Assembly (NCBI GenBank): GCA_964449435.1
Contig: CAYUYR010000001.1
Span: forward strand, 134,796-198,795
DNA: 64,000 nt
Direction: 5' to 3'
Source of the DNA: an uncultured Planctomycetaceae bacterium
GTDB taxonomy: Bacteria; Planctomycetota; Phycisphaerae; Sedimentisphaerales; UBA12454
The number at the start of each line of letters is the position of its first letter. Within the stretch, counting starts at the first letter, position 1. The notes below the pieces were generated by a model that made no database searches, was not told the origin of the DNA, and saw only the letters and a list, made by a program, of their open reading frames with translations. Below are positions 27,812 to 35,931 of this stretch, piece after piece. Position numbers and translations under genes: made by a program.

Positions 27812-27994
27812 ATGTTTAATTTAAAAGATGAATGTTTACAGCGAAAAGTGATAAGTTCTGCCAGAAAGAATCTTTCTGCCGAACAAATTATCGACTGTAA
27901 AAATTGTGAAAACGCTTCTGAAAAGAAAATATGGTGCTGTAAATTCGGTTTTTATTTCGATAAACCGTTAATATCAGCGCCGAATAAAAATTAA
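27812..27994 (+). CDS. Possible small Cys-rich protein, translationally coupled
   Basis: ATG sits 1 nt after the upstream stop. 60 aa with 'DCKNCEN...WCCKFG'. Weak support. Confidence 0.3.
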   Translation: MFNLKDECLQRKVISSARKNLSAEQIIDCKNCENASEKKIWCCKFGFYFDKPLISAPNKN

Positions 27995-27997
27995 AAT

Positions 27998-28020
27998 ACC
28001 TCTGTGGCTATAACAAAAAG
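27998..28020. repeat. TGTGGC-type block
   Basis: aCCTCTGTGGCTATAACAAAAAG. CTGTGG pairs with CCACAG 18 nt downstream. Confidence 0.55.
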
Positions 28021-28165
28021 GCCTCCCACAGCCGAAGGGGAGAGAAATTAGATAGTTTTTGCGGTTGATTTCAATTCTTGACCGGCGGGGTTTATTCTGT
28101 TATCGTACTGGCCCGTTTATTGATGTGAATTTAGCGTATTAGCGGAAGCTGTTCGGAGCGATTTA

Positions 28166-30355
28166 ATGACTTATTACGGACGTATATGGAAGTATGTTTG
28201 GCCGCAATGGCACAGGGTAGCGCTGCTGCTTGTGGCGGTGTTTTTAGTTAGCTCGCTGTTCGCGCTGAGTTTTATGACTATTATTCCGCTGCTGAAGGTG
28301 ATGATGGGCGAGGAGGGACTTCACGGCTGGATAGACCGCAAAACCTGCGAGAACCGTTATGGGATAGATTTTTACGTTCCGGATACGATGGACATCATTC
28401 ACAGCGATGAAATGGTTTACGGCCTGAAAGTTCACGGCGTAGAAAAGGACGGCCTTGCTGTCGAGTCCGGTTTCAGGGCGGGCGATATAGTAATATCTGT
28501 AAGTGATGATTCTAATGATGTTGCAGCTGAGAAACAATTATCCGCAAAGATGCTCGAAATTTTGGCGTTAGCGTCGGGCGAGGGGTTTTTGAAGATGGAT
28601 ATTCGCCGATTCACCGCAGGAGAGATTGCCACGTTAGAGATTGTGATGAGAAAGCCTTATAAAGAGATGTATGACGATGCGGGGTTTATGACTCGCGCGG
28701 GCTGGTCGGCGAAATGGGCTTTAATGGAAAACGCGCAAAAAGCGATAAGTCTTTTACCGCGCGACAACGGGAAAGAAGCGAAGAAAAACGCTGTGATGTT
28801 CATAATTATTGCGATGATAGGGGTAACGATATTTCGATGTCTGGGTACATTCATACAAAAATATATGGGGGCTAAAATTGTACAGACTGCCACCGCCCGT
28901 CTTCGTGAAGACCTTTTTGCCCACGCGATGGATATGAGGGTGGCCTATTTTACGGCGTACGGCACAAGCGACGCTACGAGCAGAATGATAGGCGACGTCA
29001 ACGGCATCGGTAAGGGTATTAAAGTTTTTCTCGGCAAGAACCTGCAGGAGCCGTTAAAAGCGTTTTTTATGCTGGCTTTCGCTATGGTTTTGAATTACAA
29101 GCTGACGCTGATTTTTCTTTTGTCGGCGCCGGCGGTACTGTTTGTCTTTTCCAATCTCGGCAAAAAGATACGAAAATACGCAGGCAAATCGCTTAGAAGC
29201 TCGGCGGTTATGCTCGGAAAGCTGCAGGAGTCGATAGCCGCGATTCGGGTCGTTAAAGTTTATAATCGCCAGCAGTATGAATCGCAGGTTTACAACGGCA
29301 TAAGCAACAGGTTGCTCAAGCAGTCGCTGCGTTTGGCTAAAGTCGATTCAGCGACAGGGCCATTGCTCGATGTCCTTGGGATGATTGCAGGCTCGGCGGC
29401 TCTTCTTTTGGGCATAATATGGGTTACCGAGAGTAATATGCAGGCGAGTACTTTCTTCGGCATATTGATAGCGCTGGGGGTGGCGGCTGAATCGGTTAGA
29501 AAGACCAGCGATGTTTGGAATCAGATTCAGGACTGCAATGCGGCATCCGACAGGGTTTTCCAGCTTTTGGACAGTGAGGTCGAGTATGAAAAGCCGGGCG
29601 CTGTCGAACTTGCTCCGCTGAAGAATAAAATCGAGTTTCAGAATGTAGTTTTTACCTATCCGAAAAGCAATGAGACTGTCTTAAAAGGCATAAACTTATC
29701 CATCAAAGCCAGCCATAATATTGCGATAGTAGGGCCAAACGGTTCGGGAAAGACGACGCTCGTAAATCTGCTGCCTCGATTCTTCAATCCGGACAGCGGC
29801 AGAATCCTGATAGACGGAGTAGATATATCCGATTGCACGCTTAAAAGCCTTCGTAATCAAATTGCGATGGTTACTCAGGAAGTTGTTACCTTTAACGATA
29901 CAATAAGTGCAAATATCAGCTACGGCAATCCAGATGCGACAATGGATGATATTATAACAGCGGCAAAGAGGGCGTATGTTCATGAATTCATCGAGCCGCT
30001 CCCCGACGGCTATAACACAGTTATAGGCGAACACGGCACCGGCCTGAGCGGCGGACAGCTTCAGCGTATAGTTATCGCGCGGGCGCTCCTGAAAAATCCC
30101 GCGCTCCTGATTTTCGACGAGGCGATGAGCCAGGTCGATGCCGACAGCGAAGCGAAGATACATAAGGTGCTCGAAGAATTAATGCACGACAGGACCAGCT
30201 TTGTGATAGCGCATCGTTTCAGTACGGTGATATCGGCCGACAGGATAGTGGTTATGAATCACGGCCAGATTATAGCACAAGGCGTACACGACGAATTAAT
30301 AAAGGATTGCAGTCTGTACAAGAGCCTTTATGAGACGCAATTAATAGTAACCTAA
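28166..30355 (+). CDS. MsbA-like ABC exporter (fused permease + ATPase) with a ~160-aa periplasmic insert containing a PDZ-like domain
   Basis: Walker A 'GPNGSGKTT', signature 'LSGGQLQR', Walker B 'LLIFDEA', 'IAHR'. Insert between TM1 and TM2 contains 'GLKVHGVEKDGLAVESGFRAGDIVISV'. Confidence 0.88.
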   Translation: MTYYGRIWKYVWPQWHRVALLLVAVFLVSSLFALSFMTIIPLLKVMMGEEGLHGWIDRKTCENRYGIDFYVPDTMDIIHSDEMVYGLKVHGVEKDGLAVESGFRAGDIVISVSDDSNDVAAEKQLSAKMLEILALASGEGFLKMDIRRFTAGEIATLEIVMRKPYKEMYDDAGFMTRAGWSAKWALMENAQKAISLLPRDNGKEAKKNAVMFIIIAMIGVTIFRCLGTFIQKYMGAKIVQTATARLREDLFAHAMDMRVAYFTAYGTSDATSRMIGDVNGIGKGIKVFLGKNLQEPLKAFFMLAFAMVLNYKLTLIFLLSAPAVLFVFSNLGKKIRKYAGKSLRSSAVMLGKLQESIAAIRVVKVYNRQQYESQVYNGISNRLLKQSLRLAKVDSATGPLLDVLGMIAGSAALLLGIIWVTESNMQASTFFGILIALGVAAESVRKTSDVWNQIQDCNAASDRVFQLLDSEVEYEKPGAVELAPLKNKIEFQNVVFTYPKSNETVLKGINLSIKASHNIAIVGPNGSGKTTLVNLLPRFFNPDSGRILIDGVDISDCTLKSLRNQIAMVTQEVVTFNDTISANISYGNPDATMDDIITAAKRAYVHEFIEPLPDGYNTVIGEHGTGLSGGQLQRIVIARALLKNPALLIFDEAMSQVDADSEAKIHKVLEELMHDRTSFVIAHRFSTVISADRIVVMNHGQIIAQGVHDELIKDCSLYKSLYETQLIVT

Positions 30356-30375
30356 TTTGTGCGGATACTGTGCGG

Positions 30376-32466
30376 ATGCCGAATATCAGCGTTTGTATTC
30401 CGACTTATAACAGGGAACATCTTTTAAAAGAAACTCTCGACAGTGTTTTTGCGCAGACATACAGAGATTTCGAGGTTGTTATAGTCGATGACGGTTCGAC
30501 CGACGGCACAAAACAGATGCTCGAAAGAAACGGTTACGATGTGCGGTATCACTGGCAGGAAAACGCAGGGGATGCCAACGCGAGGAATAAACTGATTGAG
30601 ATTGCAAGCGGGAGATACATTTCATTTCTCGACTCGGACGACCTTTTGTATCCCGACGCGCTTGAAAAAATGATGCAGGCGATGCCGCAGGGGGCCGAAG
30701 ATATTGTTGTTTACGGCCCTTATGTTTCGATAGACGAACACGGCAATATTTTGCGAAAATCGAAAAAGAAACTGTTTAACGGGCGGATAACAAGACATCT
30801 TTTTGAGAACATATTGATACATTCCTGCGGCTCTCTTTTTCCGAAGAAAATTCTGGTTGAAGCAGGATGCTTTGATGTTTCTCTGTCTGTCTGTTCGGAC
30901 TATGATTTGTGGCTTCGGCTGTCGCTGGATTACGATTTTATCAGTATAAACAAGCCGGTTTTTAAAAGGAGACGGCACTGCGGAAATCTTTCGAGAGTTT
31001 GTTTTGCCAACAGCAATATAGAATACTGTGTTCTCGAGAATTTTTATTACAACGGCGGCGGCAGAAGGGTAATGCCTTATAAAGCGGCGATGGCGAGGTT
31101 GAGCAAAGAGCAATACAGGGCGGCAAGAAACGCGATTAGAGAATCGATGCGAACGACGGCCTGCGATTTTTTGACAAAATCCCTGAAGAGACATTTTCAT
31201 TTTAAGACCCTTTTGTGGTTTTTCATAGCTCAAAAAGGCGTTCATCCTGCGCTTTGGGGAAAAGCGGACCGCTCAAATATAGAGGAAAACAGCAAACCTT
31301 TGATTAAAAGGTTGCGGACTGTGTCGGATATAAGAGTGGCGATAGAATTCAATCCTGTAGTTATAAATAGATTTTCCGGTTTTTACACTTTCGGTGTGGG
31401 GCTGCTGAAAGGATTTGCGGCGATAACGGATAAACCCGAACTGATGCTTTTTTATTCGAATCGTTTTGCATCGCAGGTAAAGGAGATAATCGAGAGCGAA
31501 CTGCCGGGGAAGATGGAATCAAAACCACTGACGATAAAGATGCGGCAGCTTGAAAATTTTTGGAGTTATTTTAATTATCCCAAGCTGGAGCATCTGACAG
31601 GAGATTTCGATATTTATCATTGTTTTCATCATTTGATGCCTCCGACCGACGGCAAACCCCGTCTTATGACGGTTCACGATTTACGGCGTTATAAGCTGCC
31701 GCAGTTATACAAAGAGTCAAAACTTGACCGGTTTGAGAATGCTGTCAGGAGGGCCGACCATTTTATAGCTGTCTCACAATCGACGAAAAACGATTTGTGT
31801 TCGGTCTTTAAAATAGACGCTGATAAGGTCGATGTTGTATCGCTGGCAGCGGGTTTTGAGCCTTTGGAATATAGTGCGGAACAGAAAAACAGCATAAAAC
31901 TTCAATTATCCGAAAAATTGGGCCAAAAGCTGGACGATTACCTTGTTGTTATTTCGTCTCCGGACAGTCGAAAAAATATTTCCCGTACGGTCGAAGCCTT
32001 TGAGTCGACGAGGAGATATTTTCCTGATAATCTCAAACTTGCGGTAATAGGACAATTGCCGAAACGCGAAGAAGCGTTCGTGAAAAAACTTAAAAGCGGT
32101 TATTATCCGAATGTTTTTTGGGCAGGAGAAGTTGACGATTTGCGTCCGTGGCTGGGCTGTGCAAAGGCGCTGATTTTCGCGAGTCTTTACGAGGGGTTCG
32201 GCATTCCTATTCTTGAGGGATTCAGTTGCGGTACGGCGGTAATTACGTCCAATATTTCATCAATGCCTGAAGTCGGCGGCGATGCTGTTTTGTATGTTGA
32301 CCCGCTCAGTGAAGAATCAATAGCAGATGCGATTATAAAGATTTCAAGCGATGAAAAATTGAGGAGCAAGCTGATTGAGGCGGGGACCCAAAGAAATAAA
32401 CAATTTACGTGGAAGAAAACTGCTGAGGACGTTATAAAAGTTTATAAAAAATTATCGGGAATTTAA
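30376..32466 (+). CDS. Bifunctional glycosyltransferase (N-terminal GT2 + C-terminal GT4)
   Basis: GT2: 'ISVCIPTYNRE', 'VVIVDDGSTDGT', 'LDSDD'. GT4: 'ASLYEGFGIPILEGFSCGTAVITSNISSMPEV'. Confidence 0.85.
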   Translation: MPNISVCIPTYNREHLLKETLDSVFAQTYRDFEVVIVDDGSTDGTKQMLERNGYDVRYHWQENAGDANARNKLIEIASGRYISFLDSDDLLYPDALEKMMQAMPQGAEDIVVYGPYVSIDEHGNILRKSKKKLFNGRITRHLFENILIHSCGSLFPKKILVEAGCFDVSLSVCSDYDLWLRLSLDYDFISINKPVFKRRRHCGNLSRVCFANSNIEYCVLENFYYNGGGRRVMPYKAAMARLSKEQYRAARNAIRESMRTTACDFLTKSLKRHFHFKTLLWFFIAQKGVHPALWGKADRSNIEENSKPLIKRLRTVSDIRVAIEFNPVVINRFSGFYTFGVGLLKGFAAITDKPELMLFYSNRFASQVKEIIESELPGKMESKPLTIKMRQLENFWSYFNYPKLEHLTGDFDIYHCFHHLMPPTDGKPRLMTVHDLRRYKLPQLYKESKLDRFENAVRRADHFIAVSQSTKNDLCSVFKIDADKVDVVSLAAGFEPLEYSAEQKNSIKLQLSEKLGQKLDDYLVVISSPDSRKNISRTVEAFESTRRYFPDNLKLAVIGQLPKREEAFVKKLKSGYYPNVFWAGEVDDLRPWLGCAKALIFASLYEGFGIPILEGFSCGTAVITSNISSMPEVGGDAVLYVDPLSEESIADAIIKISSDEKLRSKLIEAGTQRNKQFTWKKTAEDVIKVYKKLSGI

Positions 32467-33333
32467 CAGTTCATCGAGTTTCTGCATAATAAGTTCGGGC
32501 GTGAGCATTTCTTTGCATACCGGTTTTTCGCAGGGTTTCTCGAGCCAGCAGGGACTGCAGGGCAGGTCTGCGGTTATATTTATGTTGCAGGGATATCCGA
32601 AGACTTTGGGGTCTTCTGCGCCGCCGAAAAGTACGATACAGGGAGTATTGACAGCGGTTGCCAGATGTATGATTCCGCCATCGTGCGAGATTACCGCATC
32701 GCAGTGCTTGAGTACGGCTGCGGTTTTTCGATAGCCAAGATTTCTCCAATTTTTTGCGCCTTCGAGCAATGGGCCTTCTTTTTTGTCGCCGACCTGAATA
32801 ACTGTGATATTTGCTTTTCTAAGCAGAACGGCAAGCTGCTGCCATTTTTCGATGTCGTAGAATTTATTCGGTATTTTGGTGTTTAGTTTTCCTGAAGGGG
32901 CGATAGCGACAAGCGGCCTCGGCAGACGCTGCAAAAGCCATTTGCGGTAATCCGTTTCTTTTTGTGTGAGGTAAATTCGCGGCTTATATATTCTGTTTTG
33001 TACTTTTATTCCGACCAAATCGTACATTCTGTCGATTATATGTTTGACAGACGAGGCATCTCTGAAGTCTGCATACGTATATTCGCTCAGCCGGACAGCT
33101 CTTTTGTAGAGCGAAGGATTTTTTTCCATTACGACCCGTGCATTGTAACAGGCGGCAACGTCCGGATTATTTTCGAAGATTTCGAACCGCCTCTTTGCGA
33201 GGATAAATACTCTCATATCCGGGAATTCTTTTTTGATTCCCGCGATGACAGCCGTTGCCATCAGGTTGTCTCCGAACCCGTGGCCGATTGAGAGGTAAAC
33301 GGCCTTACCGGCGTTTTCAGTAAAATCGGTCAA
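32452..33333 (-). CDS. Glycosyltransferase family 9 (heptosyltransferase-like)
   Basis: 'GHGFGDNLM' and 'HDGGIIHLATAVNTPCIVLFGG'. Convergent with the GT2-GT4 gene, with a 15-nt overlap. Confidence 0.75.
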   Translation of the reverse strand: MTDFTENAGKAVYLSIGHGFGDNLMATAVIAGIKKEFPDMRVFILAKRRFEIFENNPDVAACYNARVVMEKNPSLYKRAVRLSEYTYADFRDASSVKHIIDRMYDLVGIKVQNRIYKPRIYLTQKETDYRKWLLQRLPRPLVAIAPSGKLNTKIPNKFYDIEKWQQLAVLLRKANITVIQVGDKKEGPLLEGAKNWRNLGYRKTAAVLKHCDAVISHDGGIIHLATAVNTPCIVLFGGAEDPKVFGYPCNINITADLPCSPCWLEKPCEKPVCKEMLTPELIMQKLDELLNSR

Positions 33334-33544
33334 CTTGTCAGGCCTTAATACTCGATTAGAAGCGTTTTTCTTACGGTTTTCGGTATTTTACAGTTTAGTT
33401 TGTGTCTTTCAAGAACTGTTTTTATGCAAAAAAAAAGGTTTTCAAACAGATATTGATATGGTATTATCGCCGGCATAGTCGGCAACAACTGTTTGCGCTG
33501 GGCAAAAAGAACAGAGTTGGCCATAAATTAGGAAAGGATAAGTT

Positions 33545-35575
33545 ATGGAATTTAGTTTACCTGATATTTTGGTGTTTCTGGTGTTTGTAGTTTGTGTAAT
33601 TTCGGTAGGCCTGATTAAAAGCCGACACGAAAAGAGCAGCGAAGATTATTTTCTTGCCAGTCGAGGATTGAGCTGGTGGTTAATCGGATTTTCTCTGATA
33701 GCCGCCAATATATCTACCGAGCAGTTCGTCGGAATGAGCGGCAACGCCGCCAGCCATGTCGGCCTGGCAATTGCCAGTTATGAATGGATGGCTGCGATTA
33801 CCCTTGTATTAGTTGCGTTTTGTTTTCTGCCGTATTTCCTGCGAGCAGGAATTTTCACCATACCTGAGTTTCTTGAATACAGGTATAACTCCACAGCGCG
33901 AACAATTATGGCAGTCGCTACAATTTTTATCTACTTGCTTTTACTCGGCTCGGTAACATATTCCGGCGCATTGACGATTAGCACGCTTGCGGGGCAGATG
34001 GGGTACAATGTAAGTCTGCTTGCAGGGTCTTTGGTAATCGGCATTATAGCGATGATTTATGTTGGAGCAGGCGGCCTGAAAGCCTGCGCATGGGCGGATT
34101 TGATTCAAGGCAGCGCGCTGATAATCGGCGGCATTATAGTTCTGGTTTTTGCGTTTGTCAAACTCGGTATGGTAACCGAAGCAACAAAAATTGTAAATGT
34201 GGACACCGGAGCGATTGCAATTCAATCGTTTTCGCCGGATAGCGGGGCAGTTGAACGCTTTATGAGTTTGAACAGGGCTCGTATGAATATGTTTCTGCCG
34301 AAAACGGACAGCGTTTTGCCCTGGACGGCTTTATTGCTCGGCCTGTGGATTCCGAACTTGTATTACTGGGGACTTAACCAGTATGTTACCCAGAGGACTC
34401 TTGGTTCAAAATCGCTTTCTCAGGGGCAGAAGGGCATCGTCTTTGCCGCTGCGTTGAAACTGATAATGCCGTTTGCCATCGTAATTCCGGGCATAATAGC
34501 TTTTAACCTCTACGCCAAGGATATGCAGTTTGAAGCGACTTATGATAATGGGCCCGTAATTACAAAATATCTTAAAGCCAATCCTAATACAATGCTCGTA
34601 GAAAAGGTTTATTCGCCCGATGCAAATACAATTGCCGGCTGGCAAAGCGGGCGTTTTATGCTCGCTGTTTATGAAGACCAAAAGGCGCTAAAGGCTGTCA
34701 AAACACAAAATCCATTTGTGCTTTCGATTGAGCAGGCTAAATTTGACGCGGCATCTCCGGCGGAATTTACAGTATTCAAATCGGACGACAAGGCGTGGAA
34801 AAGTACATTTCCTGCTCTGGCTGTCGAACTTGACGATTATAACGCTTCTGTCGAAGCGGCGGCAAAAGCGGCCAATAGAAGGGTTTCAACGGAAAAATTC
34901 ATCGCCTACAAATATGACACTGCATTGGCGCAACTGCTCGGCAATGTTTTGCCGCAGAAGGTTGGCATTGTGGGGTTTGTGCTTGCGGCTCTTTTGGGCG
35001 CGGTGGTTAGTTCGCTGGCTGCCATGCTCAATGCGGCATCGACGATTTTTTCAATGGATGTTTACAAAAGATATATCTCGCCGAACGCATCGCAAAAGGC
35101 TATCGTATTTTTGGGGCGTACCTGCGTGGTGGTTTTTGGGTTCATAGCTATTGTGCTTGCGCCTCAGCTCGGCAATCCGAAAATCAGCAATAGTATTTTT
35201 ACAATCATTCAGGAAGGACAGGGTTTTATTTCGCCGGGTATTTTGGCGGTATTTGTTTTTGGTTTTATTGTTCGCAAAGCTCCGCCTGCCGCCGGTGTAC
35301 TGGGGCTGCTTACGAACATTGTGTCTTATGGTATATTGAAATTTGCTGTTCCGAGTATTCAGTTCCTGAACCGTATGGCAATCTGCTTCGGCCTTTGCAT
35401 TTTGGTTATGACTATTATTACGCTGCTCAAGCCTTTGGCAAAACCAATCGAGTTTAAGCAGAATACGACGATTGATTTGAAGACTTCTAAAGGCGCATTG
35501 CTCGTCGGCATAGTCGTTGTTGTAATTACGCTGATTTTCTACGTGATATTCAGCCCGTTCGGAATAGCGAAGTAA
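33545..35575 (+). CDS. Sodium:solute symporter family (SGLT-like) sugar transporter
   Basis: 'SRGLSWWLIGFSLIAANISTEQFVGMSG'. About 14 hydrophobic segments plus a ~140-aa soluble insert. Confidence 0.9.
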   Translation: MEFSLPDILVFLVFVVCVISVGLIKSRHEKSSEDYFLASRGLSWWLIGFSLIAANISTEQFVGMSGNAASHVGLAIASYEWMAAITLVLVAFCFLPYFLRAGIFTIPEFLEYRYNSTARTIMAVATIFIYLLLLGSVTYSGALTISTLAGQMGYNVSLLAGSLVIGIIAMIYVGAGGLKACAWADLIQGSALIIGGIIVLVFAFVKLGMVTEATKIVNVDTGAIAIQSFSPDSGAVERFMSLNRARMNMFLPKTDSVLPWTALLLGLWIPNLYYWGLNQYVTQRTLGSKSLSQGQKGIVFAAALKLIMPFAIVIPGIIAFNLYAKDMQFEATYDNGPVITKYLKANPNTMLVEKVYSPDANTIAGWQSGRFMLAVYEDQKALKAVKTQNPFVLSIEQAKFDAASPAEFTVFKSDDKAWKSTFPALAVELDDYNASVEAAAKAANRRVSTEKFIAYKYDTALAQLLGNVLPQKVGIVGFVLAALLGAVVSSLAAMLNAASTIFSMDVYKRYISPNASQKAIVFLGRTCVVVFGFIAIVLAPQLGNPKISNSIFTIIQEGQGFISPGILAVFVFGFIVRKAPPAAGVLGLLTNIVSYGILKFAVPSIQFLNRMAICFGLCILVMTIITLLKPLAKPIEFKQNTTIDLKTSKGALLVGIVVVVITLIFYVIFSPFGIAK

Positions 35576-35777
35576 TACCAATAACAAAGAAGATGACGGC
35601 TTTGTTTGAGGTCTTGTTGGTTGTGCGAGGCAAGTCGGCAAGCGCACAACTGCGGAGGGGTGGTGTTGCGCGTTTTTATGCGTCTGATATAAATAATAAG
35701 TACCTTGGACGCAGAATCAGTAAAACGCTTCACGCTTCACAAACGATGAAGTTTCCCCAGTTTAGCCATTTTTTCTT

Positions 35778-35806
35778 TTGACAATGTACAATCATTCATG
35801 TATACT
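35778..35806 (+). promoter_or_regulatory. Sigma-70-like promoter
   Basis: TTGACA - 17 nt - TATACT, about 125 nt upstream of the amylase start. Confidence 0.5.
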
Positions 35807-35931
35807 ATCTTGTGTCCTTTACCAGAACACTAAATAGTGCTTTAGGGTTGAAAAATACGGGTTTTTTCAATCGAGAGCTATAATACTGTAATTTTGGTGT
35901 GATAATATCGACAATGAATGAAAGGGAAAAA

